Source of the DNA: Lepidodermella squamata
Taxonomy: Eukaryota > Animalia > Gastrotricha
Assembly (NCBI GenBank): GCA_047495785.1
Contig: JBLDXI010000048.1
Coordinates: 806,001 to 870,000, forward strand
Length of the DNA stretch: 64,000 bases
Direction: 5' to 3'
The notes under the pieces: generated by a model
What the model saw: the letters and a program-made list of their open reading frames with translations, nothing else
The model's database searches: none
What the model was told of the DNA's origin: nothing
Translations under genes and position numbers: made by a program
Shown: in pieces, positions 12,468 through 26,118 of the stretch
Layout: every line of letters begins with the position of its first letter
Position numbering within the stretch: position 1 is the first letter of the stretch

Positions 12468-15392
12468 GCAGAAGCGCAGTCGAGTGTAACAGATTTCAAA
12501 ATGAGTAATTCGTCATGTCAAAAATGTGTTGTAACAAGCGTCTATAAGAAAGTGGGAAATGACGTGATGTTAGTCGCTCTTCTCTGCTTTGGACTCATCT
12601 CGGTATTACACACATAGAACACCGATGAGAAAAGGGCACGCGAATTTTTATCAATTGAAATTTGAGAAAAGTTACGAGAAGCACGTGCCTGTAACAGATG
12701 AGCCAAATTGTCCATACACATGTTTGGTAATTTTTAGTAATTAGGAATGAGAAATTAGAAAATTAGGAAATAGACAGAGCTTTAATTAGTAATTAATTCC
12801 TAAATATGTCCTTAAGTGCTAAGAGCTACGAAAAAGGCTGCAGAATGGCAGAATTTATTCGAAATTTGAAAAAAATTTAAAAACTTTTCCAGGATAATAT
12901 CGAATTATTCAACAGCTACATTGTTACTTGATTTCAAAGAGGCCTTCTTAAATACCATCAATAACGCGGCCTTTTTGATATTTTTTCCAATATTTTCAAT
13001 ATCTAATTATCGCTTAATCGCTTAATTTATTTAAAACATTGAGGTGCGCGTGCGCGTGAGAAAAAAATCACACTTGATTATCGATTCGAGGCAATTATCG
13101 AGGTGATGCCACGTGTCAGGTCAGGCGAGTTATTGGTTTTTTTCCAGCCCAACGACCTGAACCATTAATTTGTGACATCACCGTGAAATTAGGTCAAACT
13201 GTTTAGAATATAATTTAACGCAATTGAATTTTTAAAATGTTAAAGGAAACGAACAATTATATCAATTTTCTTTCAATACAGACAAATCCGCACTTTTATA
13301 TAGGTACAAATTTTCACAAATTTTCACTGAAATTATTTCAAGATGAATCATCGAGTCTACAAATATTTTGGCAAGCATTTAACGAGAATGAATTATTCAA
13401 AATGTAGCTCAACTACCGTTTATTTTTAATTCGGCACCAGGTAAATTTGTAAAAATATAACTCGAAATTATTGCGAAAAAATTGAGAAAATTTGGAGAGG
13501 GAACATTTAAAAAAATTTAAGAACTCAAGAGAAATTAATTTCAGAAAAATCATTAAATTACAATTAATTTTCTATATTTTAATAAATGACACCAAACGTT
13601 GATTCATCTGTGAAATGTTGAGAAAATATTGATTTTTTCGAAAAATTACAGGTGTGGCAGACAGAAGTTGAGCCAAAATCAACAAGTCCTGGGCGAATCC
13701 TTAGTCGCCGCGGCAGATGAGGCTTTTCCTATACATTAATTTTCCGCCGCTGAGAATCGAGCAAGTAAGTATCATGACTGGTGTTATCGATGACGCAATA
13801 TATTATTGACTATGGCTTATGATAGACAGACAGACAGACAGTGGCGTGTATAGCTCAGTCATAAAGTGGCCTTGTTATCTTATCGAACAAAAAAAATTGC
13901 AGCCGCAAGGAGAAAATCAATGAATGCATGTGCGTATTTCATGCGATGCGCTATATGCCATGATTGTTGGCGTGTTTTTTCATCAAGACGAGGCTATTAA
14001 TTAGACGAGTTTTATCGATAAATAAATTTTGAATATATATCGAAAAACCGCTGAATTTTTTCATTAAAGATTATTAGTGGCTAATTAAGAATAAAAAATG
14101 ATCAATTGATAAAATAAAAGCATATCTCTATGAAATTTGCTGATTATTATCGTGAATATCATTTCGAAATGAGAGTCGAGCAATAAATTTTCCCGATTTT
14201 TTTGCTATTTTTGCGATTTCTTGATTGATACATTTTTTAACATTCCTCAACCTAGGATTTTTCAAGTTAAGATCTATAAGGTGTCCTGCAGCAAAATGAT
14301 CGATTTTGAGTTCCATTCTGAGTTTGAGATATCGGAAAAATGACGTGATTTCCGTGATATTCTAGTAAGGACGTGAAAATTCATATGAAAAACAATATTT
14401 TAGCAAAATCTAATGGTGCTGCCTCGAATTTTAGGATGTTCACTTGGACCCGGCCGAACGTGATTTCTTTATTCAAAAGTCGAAATAAATTTTTGATACA
14501 GAAATAATGATACTTTTTTATTGAAAACCATCATTATTTAACGAAATCAACATCTGAAAATTTGTGGGCTGAAAAGGTTACTCAATGGGTTACTCACAGC
14601 GTGTCCCAAACGCAAGCAAAGACAATGGATGGAAAGATGGTTCAGAAACTATAAAATGAGAGACAGTCACATCTCCTGGCAAAATTATTTTTTGAAAAAT
14701 TCAAGAAATCCGGAGAAATTCTTGGTCCAGCCTGGTAAAATACTGAAAATTACCGAGATTTCCGGGTTTTCTCCGGTAAATTTTTTATTTTTCATTTAAT
14801 TTGAATTTTTCATTTCCTCGGAAAATAAATCGCTGATAAAAGATGGACTATTCTCTTGGTGGGGTTGGTTTGAAAAAAAATTAGTTGAATTTCATATAAA
14901 AAATTGCAAAATAAAAGAATAGTTGCGAAATTCACCACTTTTTTGTTCGGTTAAGCTGCGTTTTTCTCGGCAATTTTTTCGGCCCTTTAGAGGTTTATGG
15001 TATCAAACTGAATAATAATCCTTTGGGTACAACTTGGGTACAACGGAGAAAAGATTTGCTGCAATGAAATTGAAACAAGCCTAACGAAAAAAATATACTA
15101 TCGTTAAAAAAATAAATCTCAGGCAGCACGGCAGAAGTCACCACTCGAACAGCCAGTTTAACCATAGGCAACAGGTTCAACATAAAAACGCAGTAATTTA
15201 ACGTGAATATGCTAAAATAACGTATTTTTGTCATTACACACGTTTCTTATGAGGCATGCATGGGTTTTACTGTGCTCACTAGATTACGCATAATTGATTA
15301 CAAAAAAACCTTGTCTTGACAAAGGTTGCTATGAAGACGCTTTTGAAGAAAAAAACGCGTTGATGATTCAGCAATGAATTTTATTAGCTTCA

Positions 15393-18300
15393 TCAATCTT
15401 TTCTAAGCAGTTTCTTCACAGAATTTGAGCTTGCCACATCGTAAGCGCTTTTGCCAGTTTGATCCCTCAAAAATTGATTTGCATTCCTCCGCAACAAGAG
15501 TTCAACAATCTCAGCCGAACCCATTTCGGCCGCAATTATCAGAACAGTCTTCCCATTTCGATCTGCATCGTCAACATTCGCTTGCCGCATCAAAAGAGCC
15601 GCTACAACATCGGCCGATCCCGATAGGACAGCGAACATCAGAGGGGATTTGCCGTTCAAATCAACGGAATTAACGATAGCCGCATGATTATCGATCAAAT
15701 TGCTCACGATTTCAACCCTACCCTTCAAGCTCGCCCTCATCAAAGCAGTTTGGCCTAAGATATTGTTACAACAATCGACCCCAAGCAGGGATTTTTCTAG
15801 TAGAAATTGGCAAATCGAGAAGAAACCATTCGAAGCTGAGATTATGAATGCAGTCTCAATCAGAGCTTGATAGGAATATAGGAACTGGCCAAAAGCACCT
15901 TCTAACCTCGATAGATTCATCATGAATCTTTGAAGCTCCCCCCTCGAAGCTGAAATAACAAGATTCCGACCGAATTCCACCGAAAATTCATCTACTGATA
16001 ACATCCAAGCTTCAAGGATAACTTCAATCATCTCATCGTAAGAAGAATCTTCATTATCCTCTAGAGCTAGCATCAAACATGTGCAAAGTTCCGATATTTG
16101 GATGTTATTCCTTTGGTTCAAAGATTCAGTAAGGTACTTCACTACCTCCTTATTTTTCTTCAAAGCAGCTAAGACTAAGGGGGTCAATCCTTGGTTATCC
16201 CTAGCTCTTAAGTTGGCTCCACTTATCAGCAGCCATTTGAGAACTTCCAATCGGTCTCGAAGCTCGCAGACCGACATCAAAGCTGTTCTACCTTCAAGAT
16301 CCCTAGCTTCGATATCAGCTCCGTGTCTTGATAGGATCCTTAAGGGCTCTAGATTGCCTGATATAGCTGTCCAGATCAAAGGAGTTGCTGCTTTCTTCAA
16401 ATCCTTAGCTTCAACTTTCGCTCCATTCTCAATAAGGACCTTGGCAGTGGAAGTATGTCCCTGTCTACAAGCTAGAATCAAAGGGGTAAAACCCTCCTGA
16501 TCCTGAGCTTCTAAATTAGCTGAGTAATGAGTTAGGATCTTAACAACCTCCGTATGACCTAGATTTGAGGCTAAAAGTAAGGCTGTTGAACCCTGGTTAT
16601 CCTTAGCCTCACTATTCGCATCATGTTCCATGAGAATCTGTACTGTTTTGTCGAACCCTTTCTCAGAGGCTGAGAGTAAGGAAGTTCGACCATCCTTATC
16701 CTTAACTTCAATATCAGCCCGGTTATCGAGTAGTAAACCAGTTAGAGATGTATGGCCAAGTTTAGCGGCGACTAATAGGACACAATCAAGCTGGAGTCTG
16801 ACCTTGATCTTAACTCCTATCTTTTGCTCGTCGATAAACTTGGCAAAAGCTTCGTCGGAAATGTGATTCAAAATAACTTCGAGTATGTTAGGAATCTCAG
16901 AGCTAGCCATCTTTGCGAAGTAAAGGAACAGCCGGCCGAGGAATTTCGATTTCTCGTCATCGCTAGTTAAGGCCTTGGAAGAGTGGAAACTGACCAGGAG
17001 TCTTAGCCTGAACTCTTGAAGGCTGGCTGATTTGAACTTGAAGAAACTTTCCGCCATAGCCATAGCCGTTTCATGGCAGGCCTGATGGAGAGAGTATTTC
17101 TGCTTCAAATGCTTGACTAGGTAGAGCCTTTCAAAGTCAAATAAGGTGTTCAAAGCTTCTTCCGCCGAGCAACGCCACAAACCCTGGAGACACTCGAAAT
17201 CTACCTCTTCAAGTGGGTCGAAGATAAGGAAAGCGAAGTATCTCTTCTTGTAGCTATCGCTTAACTTGTTCAAAGAATCTTCGATGATAAGGATTAGCAA
17301 CTTTTCCTCTTGCCTGGTATCTGGGGAGAATCTAGTATCGTTGAGCTGAGGTCTTAGAGACTCGAACAGCTTAGTTAGTTCAAGGAACTCCGAATTGTAG
17401 TTACGGCAGTTGCGAAAACGACCTCGAAGGAGGTAAGACGTAAGAGGTACCCCAGAACTCATTTTGATCACCTTATTAGCCTGATTCTCACTCAACTTCC
17501 CCTTAACATCAGTCGCTAGAATCTCGAGAACAGTATCATCCTTAAGAGGAGTCACTTCATACGGATTCTTAGGCTCGACAATCTGGAGGAAGGGCCGGAA
17601 GGCATCTGGTATCAACTTGCTAGGATCATCCAGAGCTAACCAATTCCTGGATATCACAAGGCATAGTAAAGATTTGCACTTCTCAGCTAAAGATGTGATT
17701 ATCGATCGATGTAGAACGTCGTCCAAAATGAAAACAATCTTCTGGTCCTTCTTCTCAAAGTATTCGATCATCTCTGGAATGGTCTTGAATTCTCCTGTTT
17801 TCGCAATTACTGGGTCGATCTTCGGTAAATGGCTCAGAACCAATGTTTCGGCGTTTTCAGGCGTTAGACCGACCTCTCGGTACGGTAAACAGTTTATCCA
17901 TACGAAGTGATGGATTTTCGCTCTAAGGAATGTTTGCTTATGATCAGGGTTGGAGATTACATGAGTGACGAGGTTAGTCTTGCCCATTCCACTCGGACCA
18001 GAGACGACAAAGCAAAATCCTTCTTCGTCCTCTGCAAAATGTGCCAAATCAAGTTAATTTTCAGATTTTGATGTAAGAAAAGATTACCTGCGTAGGTTCT
18101 AGAGGCGAGAGCTACGATACCTCTGACGATAGAGTCTTCATCCAAGCTCCGTTCCAAGTAAGCACCAATGTTAGGGATATCGATAAGCCTAAATCATTAG
18201 AGAATATGAATTTTAATGAACCAGAATACAAAACTTACGAAATGTCTCCAGGAATCTCAGGTTCCTTTACATCTTCCCTTTGATTAGTGGGTCTGGGCTG

Positions 18301-19866
18301 TATCTGTTTTTGGTTGGCTTTGGGATCTTCTGCTACTGGTTCCTTTTCAAACCATCGAATAGCCTCTCTGATTCCCTTTCGAGCTTTCTTCCTGATGGTC
18401 TCGTCCTTCACCTTCTTGCTACAAATGCTACGCATCAGGTTGAAAATACTCTGCTCGGACATCGGCTGATGCCTCACAGCAGCTTGTACCATTTGCGACC
18501 ATTTGCCAACTTGATCTCCAGCACCAGCTTCTGCCTGCATCTCTTTAAACTCCGCCGTTCGGGTTATTGCTATACAGGGCACGTATTGAAACTGCCTCCG
18601 GATGAATTCCAACAGAGGCAGATGAAAGACATCGTCGAAAATGAATAATGGCTTTACGAAGTTGTTGCTAAGGAGTTGCAGCTGCTTGTCAAATTCTGTG
18701 ATTTCACTGCGTTTCGAGGCTTTCATCACAAGCCGCAAGAGCTCGTTTTTCAACCGCCGTTTCCAATTCTCGTCAGCCTCAAACTTTTTCCGGTCTCTAA
18801 AGCTGAGACAGCTTATGTAAACTGCAACTCCGATTTTGCAATTGCGTAAGAGATATTGCTGACAGGATCTTTGCTGGGATAAAAGCATTAGGAAATCAGT
18901 TTTCCCAACACCTTCATCGCCGTAGTACACGAGAATATTGGAAGACAACGTCGTTTGTCTAGTTAAAGCACTGATGGCTTCCAAGATTGGCAGATACTCG
19001 AGTTCGGCTTGACTTTTCAGGAAACGGTCGAGAGGTATGTCAACGATTCGAAAGCGTTTGCTGAAAATTACAAAAATTATTCAAACTATGAATTAATCCT
19101 CAGATATATAGTCAAAGACAGTCAAAACCTCAATAAATATGATTGATTTGGAAACATTTGAGTATTCATACATAATGAGAAGTTTTGATGGATCTAAACT
19201 CACTTGTTGGAGCTGTCGTATAGCGCGAAAACTTCCGACTCGATTTCACCAGCTACCTCCTTTAGGGGCATTCCATTCCTGAATGGGAGCCAAGGATGGG
19301 CTCGCATTTGGAAGTTGAGCCAATTGTCCCGAGGCACACCGCTGTCCAGTGGGATGAAAATCCTCAATTTCTTTACCTCATTCGCATAAATCGCCTCCTT
19401 TTTACAAATCGGAGATGTCTTGTATTCAGAGCACAGAAAAAGCAACATTATATCAGCCCCATTGATTCCCTAGTGAAAATGAAGGTTTAGGCTGAATAAT
19501 TGTAGTTTAAAGACTTGCTTCTTGCCGATCATCAGCTGACTCTGCGGTCATGTTCCATAAATCGAGCCAGATATTGAGGTGCTTAGAAAGCAGCCTAGAA
19601 ACCTTCCGAACTTCATCGCCTCGATAATCGCGATAATACGATATGTAAACACTCAACTTTGTCTGATTGTACAACTGGCCGGATTTGGCGAATTTCGGTG
19701 CTGGCGTCACATTAGGCTCCGGCTGTTTTCCGGGCTTAATTGGTGGTAGAGTTCGCGGTAGTTTGGCTGTTGATCTAGCTTGACTTTTCGTTGAAGGCGT
19801 TGGCGGCGGAATTTTGCTTACCGGGCGTGCTCTCAAATTTGTATCTAATGGTAAGTGGCGGCTCAT
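15393..19866 (-). CDS. NLR-like STAND protein: TIR - P-loop NTPase - second P-loop NTPase/winged helix - ankyrin repeats
   Basis: TIR-like VYISY…IWLD…GINGADIMLLFLCSEYKTSPICKKEAIYA. Walker A/B set 1: YGDEGVGKT / FIFDDV. Set 2: SGPSGMGKT / FILDDV. Winged-helix-like LWRC…LERLYLV…YSLHQ, then about 11 ankyrin repeats. Inferred exons 19866-19519, 19469-~19204, ~19061-18239, ~18189-18088, ~18031-15393. Confidence 0.85.
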
Positions 19867-20274
19867 TTAAGTCGTAATGAAGAGCATTTTTTGCTGAACA
19901 TGAAAATTAAGTCCCTTAGAAGCTGTGACATGATGCCGCCCATTCATATCTGTAACTTGGATACAACACCTTTGAAAAGCAATTGAAAGACAGGTGAATG
20001 AAAAGTTGCACTTTAATCAAGAACTGCTAAACGAATATTCATCAAAGTAAAAAATCAACATGTACGGATAATAGCATGGTAGAAAAATTACGCTGACCCA
20101 TGAAAATGACTAACAATTATCAATAAACTATTTCAGTTGAATCAATATGTAAATCAGTATCAGTAAATTAATAACTAGTAGGCAAATGATTGATAAATCA
20201 ATGAAGATTTTGAATTTGCGCTAACGCATGAGTCATTTACAATAGATAATGCTATTCAGTTCCAAGCTATTCAT

Positions 20275-22085
20275 TCAAGATCGTCGCTCTGCTTTCAGGA
20301 GAATGGGACTTTTAGGGACCCTGGTGAATGCTGGCAACCATTGGATAGGTTTTTCCATTTTCGGAGATATGGTAAATTTGAAGTCAAGCAAAAGGCGAGC
20401 TAGAGCAAACTTCATTTCCAGCAAAGCCAGTCTCATTCCTGAGATTATAGAAAACATTCCCAATTTTTTGCAATTTTAGTAGCTGAAATCCTTACCTATA
20501 CAGTTCCTATTTCCAGCTCCGAATGGTAAATACGCCATTGGAGGAATATTGGGCCTATTTTCATCCGAAAATCGCTCAGGATCAAATTTTTCAGGCTCGG
20601 GCCAAAATTCAGGGTCGCGATGAATAGCGCCGTTCGGAATGTTGACTACGACGCCTTTCGGGATATGCAGACCATTTATCACAGTATCTTCCGTGCAAAC
20701 TCTATTTGACCGCAGGAAGGGCGTGTACAGCCTCAGCGTCTCATCGATAACCATTTGAAGGTATTTCAGCTCATTGACAGATTCACCAGAAATTGCGGTC
20801 TTATCTTTGAAAGCCCCTTTGAGTTCCTTATAGAGTTTCTCCTGTATCTCAGGGTGATCACTTAGGACTAATAGAGTAAGGGCTAGCGAGCTTGAAGTTG
20901 TCTCAAAACCAGCGAGGAAGAACAGGATCGATTGTCCGATGATTTCGTCCCTAGTCAAGCCATTTTTAACCCAAACGCCGCCATGTTCATCAATAGCTCG
21001 GGCATGTGCGTTTTCGGGGGCGTCTGGGTCCTTTTCCAGGTGCATAACCATGGCTAGAAAATCAGCTCTTGTGCTAGCAGTTTCATTCTCGCGACGACGT
21101 TTCATTTCATCGACGATGACTTGGTTGTAGAAATCGTGAATTTTCGCGACTTTCTTACCGATCGGCAGTAGGCCGAAGATATTGACAAACAGTTCCGGAA
21201 ACACCACTGGAACAAGAAGGTTAAACAGTAAGTATAATACAGGCAAATTTCTTACTCATAAAGGCTCCCAAGTTCGATTTCAAGGATGAAATCCGAGAGA
21301 GAGCTTTTGCTACACTGACGAAGGGATGGTCGGGGGTGTTGAGCGAATCAATATCCAAAGCGAATGCTATTGTTGAGATCACATCCATTGAATAGCAACC
21401 TGTGAATCTAAAGAAATTGGCTATTATGGTGAACTAAAATTGATTTGATGACTTACTCTTTGATGTCCAAATCTTCTCCCTTTGCCGAAGCTTTGCCGAG
21501 ATTGATGGACAGCTGTTCGACAGCTTTGAGAATGAGTGGCTCCATTTTTCGAAGGTTAGCCGGGGTGAAGGCTGGGGTTATCTGTTGCCTAACATGCTTC
21601 CACCTTTCCCCATGAAGGCTCGTCAGCGCCAGATCGACTGGTCGTTTTCGATTGTTGAAGATATTCTGAAGTGTAATTATTAAAGCTAAGTTGCTTTAAG
21701 ACCAAATAACATACCCTTCGATCGACGAAATGCTCGTGATCTTTGATGAAGATTTGTTTGAGAAGTTCAGGATCTGTTACCATCAGAGTAGGAATTCGTC
21801 CTTCAAAGTAACCGAAAACACGGCCATACTTCTTTACCAGATCGGCTTCAAGCCCGAAGAGATCATCCTGTTGTTATAAGTGAATATAAGAACATGTTCA
21901 TATGAGATTTCAAAGCTATTTACCGATTCCATGTAAAGCCCCCAGCTGCCTAAGAACATCTTGCCTGGTACTTCCCGCACGCCCATCTCCTTGAACACGT
22001 GTCTGTAGCGTCGGGCATATCGGTAGGCCTTGATGAAAATTGCGACCAAAAGTACCAAAAAGCACGTTAATAGCTCTGCTATCAT
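20275..22085 (-). CDS. Cytochrome P450, clan 3-like, multi-exon
   Basis: N-terminal anchor MIAELLTCFLVLLVAIF, I-helix AGFETT, ETLR, PERF, heme motif PFGAGNRNCIG|MRLA. Confidence 0.93.
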
Positions 22086-22487
22086 TGTGAGAAGTCGAAA
22101 ATTGCCGGTAATAGTTGAATTTGGCACGGCGAATTTGCGGTATTTATACTATCAGAAATGGATGATTCAAGGTTTATGCGATAAGCTCCGGCCAAGAATA
22201 ACAATGGCCTCTTACGTCACACGTCCGACGAGATTACATTATCTCAATTTTTGATACCCATTTTCTGTTTTATTTTTAGATTTTTATTTGTCTTTCCGGA
22301 GTGTTTAGAATAGAACTAATTTCTTATGGGCCTCAAGTTAAATTTCTCGTACAATATAATTTCTGTATCAGTCAATGATTTGACGTCATTAGTTTGGGAT
22401 TGCGCAGTGGGAATAATCAAATAGGCGTGTGCCCTTTCATTGCCAGATAGCCAAGAAACAGCCTTTAATCTTTTTTGTTAAAAAAAA

Positions 22488-23676
22488 ATGAAAATTTTCC
22501 CTTTATCGCTGATTTTCTTAGCCGTGATCATTGATCACATCCAGGCTGATGAGATTATAGGTATATTTAAGCCTCGTGGCCAGGCCCAACGGAAAGCTTA
22601 TCAAGCCCAGCGCCAACAAGCCGCTCGCCAAGCCCAAGCCTTAGCCAACAAAGCTGCCGGCAATGACCAAGATGAAATCGCTTTCGCCTCTCCACCTGCT
22701 TTTAGCGGCAACCGGCTTAAAATGAATCAAGAGAAGAAGCAGTCTGGCAACGGTTTCGCCTTTCAAGAATCGCTATCTGGCGTCGACCAGCAAAAGACGT
22801 CATGCTCAGAAAGCAACGAAGTCCCCAGGCCTAAAGAAGTTCCCAAACATCAGAGGGGGTAAGGCGTGAAAAATTAAATCAATAGACATTGTTTATGAAC
22901 TTCTGTAACTAGAAATAACCCGATGCGGCCAGAAAGATTGATGAAGACCGACGAAGAGGCCTACATTGAAACTAACCCGGTTTTCATTCAATTCAACAAG
23001 GTAAGCTTATGACAACAGCTATTAACAGATTGCCGATATTTCGAATCCAACTTAGGGACCACGGCAGCCTGTAGTTTTGCGGGACAGTCCAATTCCAAGA
23101 GGCAATCGGCCATCTCCCCCAGGACCTGTTGCTGGTCCGATTGTGGCTCCTACTTTCGAAACACCGACGACTCAAGCAACTCAACCGCCACCGTCTTATC
23201 CCATCAATCAAAACAAAATCGCTTGTTTGGACACATCGAACGGAGCTTGCTCCTGCGTTCGATCTTTGACTGAATGTCCCGGTTTTAAGGTTACATTTTG
23301 ATTCTCATTGATATCGTTAATTCAAAGGATTCTGAAAATAGACGGAGCTTCGAACAGCCCCAGAATGTGCTGCGTACTGTGGCGATGGCCGTCAACTTTG
23401 CGCTGGACCAGGAGCCTGTTTCTGTGTATCTTCGTCCAATCCTGACCGTATGCTATGCAATGAAAACACACCGCTAAAGGTTAGCTTTGATTTGTGTTTA
23501 ATAATTCAATCTTCATATCTCGATTATTTTTTTAGACTCGGGTTGATTCATCAGACGCCTGCAATGCTGCTTGCACCCTGATATATGGCGCCTCAACAGT
23601 TCGTGTCATTAATAAACGCTCAGCTGATCAACCAACGTTCGCGAACCTAAAACCGATCCGAGCTCCGATTCGTAAC
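22488..23676 (+). CDS. Secreted protein of unknown family: signal peptide, Q/A- and P-rich region, two six-Cys repeats (5 exons)
   Basis: Signal peptide MKIFPLSLIFLAVIIDHIQA. GT-AG introns at ~22859-22912, ~23000-23056, ~23290-23341 and ~23480-23535. Stop at 23674-23676. Confidence 0.65.
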
Positions 23677-24092
23677 ATGCGCATCAGACATATGCCTGTC
23701 GTCAAACGGGTGAAGCGCATCGACCCAAATCAGCAATAACCCTATTCTTATTATGCTTTTTCTCTCTGAATTTTGGCGAAATAAATTGTATTTATTGAGA
23801 TCTAAATAACAGTACTTATCGACTATTTCAAGCCGGTTCAAATGCGTTATTGATAATAGCAGAATTAAAAATTGTCCGAATGTGGGAATCCATTATTCTC
23901 GGTGTTGCAACCCACAGGCGGGAATTCGATAAAAGCTCACTATTGATCGACTTCCTGGATGCGCAATCGGAAGTTGACCATGAATGCAGGAGCTGTCTGG
24001 GGCAATTTACATTGCACTCATCGGAAACTTCCTGCAGGCAATCAATGATTGTATCTAGTCATTATTCGCAACACAATCCAGAATTTACTGCA

Positions 24093-25665
24093 ATGTTGTT
24101 TCATTTCGTGATCTTTTGCCTTGTGAGCCATGTTTCGGTTCTTTGCCGTGAGGCAGCCTGCGACTCGGCAAGGAAAGTTTCCGAAGCCGAAATTATCAAT
24201 ATGGTGTTCAGCAATTACTCAAACCAAGGCCGACCCAGGATCAATGGCTCTGAGCTGGTCGAGCTCAACATCGGCATGAATCTACAAGGAATCACGGAGT
24301 ACATTGAAAAACAAGATACAATCGTCTTGGAGTTATTCTTCTCCCTAGTAACAGTTGAAGTAAAGCTTAGCCTGTTACCTATATGATATTGTTTTCTTTC
24401 CATAGAAATGGGTGGACGAGTTCATAGTATGGAATGAATCATTTCCGCATAATTGCATCAATACGATCGTGGTGAGCAATGATCAAATCTGGCGGCCAGA
24501 TATTTACATAAACACAGGGTTTACAGTTCTATAATTTCATTCCGGTTTTAATGAAAAGGAAATTTTACAGCGATTTCTCATCCCTAGAGGCAAACAAGAA
24601 AATTTCCATAAACAGGCATGGGAATGTTTTTTACACGCCCTTTGGCCACCTTGCCATTAAATGCCCGCTTCAGCTGCATTACTTCCCCTTTGACTATCAA
24701 CTATGCGAACTGAAGCTGATGAGTTGGTACCTGGACGGCTCGAGTCTCCGCTTCGTCTTAGCCAACCCCCCAGCATCGCGCCAGGCTGGTTTATGGGCTG
24801 AAAATGGCGAGTGGGCTGTTGTGGACCTGAACGGAAAAATTGTCGACGTCGACTACGTTCCATATGGAGTTTTTCAAACGATTGTTTTTAAGATTTTGAT
24901 CAAAAGACGACCCTTGTACTATGTGTTCAACGTCATACTGCCCAGTATGCTGATTGCGGTTGTAGAATCTGTAGTATTCCTATTACCGGTAAACAAAAAC
25001 TGCGTATTAGCCTTTATAAAAAATTGCTCATTGCAGGTGAATGAAGTACCAAAAGTCGAGATATCCTTCACCTGCCTTCTTGCCTACACAGTTTTCTTAG
25101 TAAGTTTTTCACTTTCCTAATTCTGTCCGTAACTATGCAATTCCACAGAATGCGATATCAGCCGAACTTCCTCCGTAAGACTATAAATTCATACCAGATC
25201 CAAAATAACCTATCTTTTTCAGGTCAAGCGAGGGCGTTCCGATGTTGACCTTGTTTACAATAATCATGGTAAGAACGATTTCGCATGAAATAGAATTACG
25301 AATTAGATTTCGAATTTTAAAACCAGATGTCGTATATTGGATTGATTGCCCTCGTAAGCCAAGCCGTAGTTGTTGCGCTGGCTCACGAGGCAAAGAAAGG
25401 CAGCTACGATGTTCCGGAGTTTGTCCTCACGATAACGCGACCAATCGCACGGGCCCTTTGCATTAAAGAAATGGCCGTCGATGCTTCTTTTCTGATGTAC
25501 TCGGAAGCTGCGTCTAAGGAAACGCGTCAGAAAATGCGGAAACGGCAATGGCTTTTCCTGGCTAGGCTTGTCGAAAGATACTGTGCGGTCTTGTATATTC
25601 TGGCAATCATACTCACGCCCGGTATCATGTTTATATGCCTTCCTATTCAAAAATCGTTAAGATAG
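24093..25665 (+). CDS. Cys-loop ligand-gated ion channel subunit (nAChR-like, non-alpha)
   Basis: Signal peptide, YSNQGRP, IWRPD, Cys-loop CPLQLHYFPFDYQLC, ENGEW, KRRPLYYVFNVILPS (M1), M2-M4. No vicinal CC in loop C. Several ~50-nt introns and 26- and 46-nt micro-exons. Confidence 0.9.
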
Positions 25666-25714
25666 AGATTTTCAGACATATAATGAAGTCAATAAAAAGA
25701 GGATTTGTTAACTT

Positions 25715-25921
25715 CAGGGTGCGATCTTGGATCCCGGAGCTGCCAGGGATGAAAAAATTGTTAGCTGTATTTGCCAAATAGTCATTTCAACCAAAACCTA
25801 GCGCGAAGCGAGAACATTTTGAAGATTTTCTATGAAAAGATACTCTAAAACCTCTCAAAATGAACAAAACAGTGGAATGAATTCGAATTTTGTCGCCTGG
25901 CTCGGCCGAAGGCGCACACTG
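25715..25921. mobile_element. 207-bp hAT-like MITE
   Basis: Ends CAGGGTGCG…CGCACACTG (8/9 inverted match). Flanked by GTTAACTT and GTTAACGT (8-bp TSD, 1 mismatch). Not seen in the duplicated 3' flank near 38350. Confidence 0.5.
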
Positions 25922-26118
25922 GTTAACGTTCCGAACTTGCGTTTACTGAATATATCATGAGACTCAAAACAATATTTTGATCATAATTCTATCACAAAAT
26001 TGTCTTTCTTATGCAAAATTGAATATGCAACAATTGTGAATTGCTCAAACGACTGAAATGCCCTACAGTCCTGAAACCGCTTGTGAGTTCTTCAACAAAT
26101 TTCTTGATGAGTTCAAAG

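Noticed and set aside
12500-15300. Short ORFs and a (GACA)n tract in the AT-rich intergenic region
   Set aside because: No motifs or consistent exon structure; treated as non-coding.
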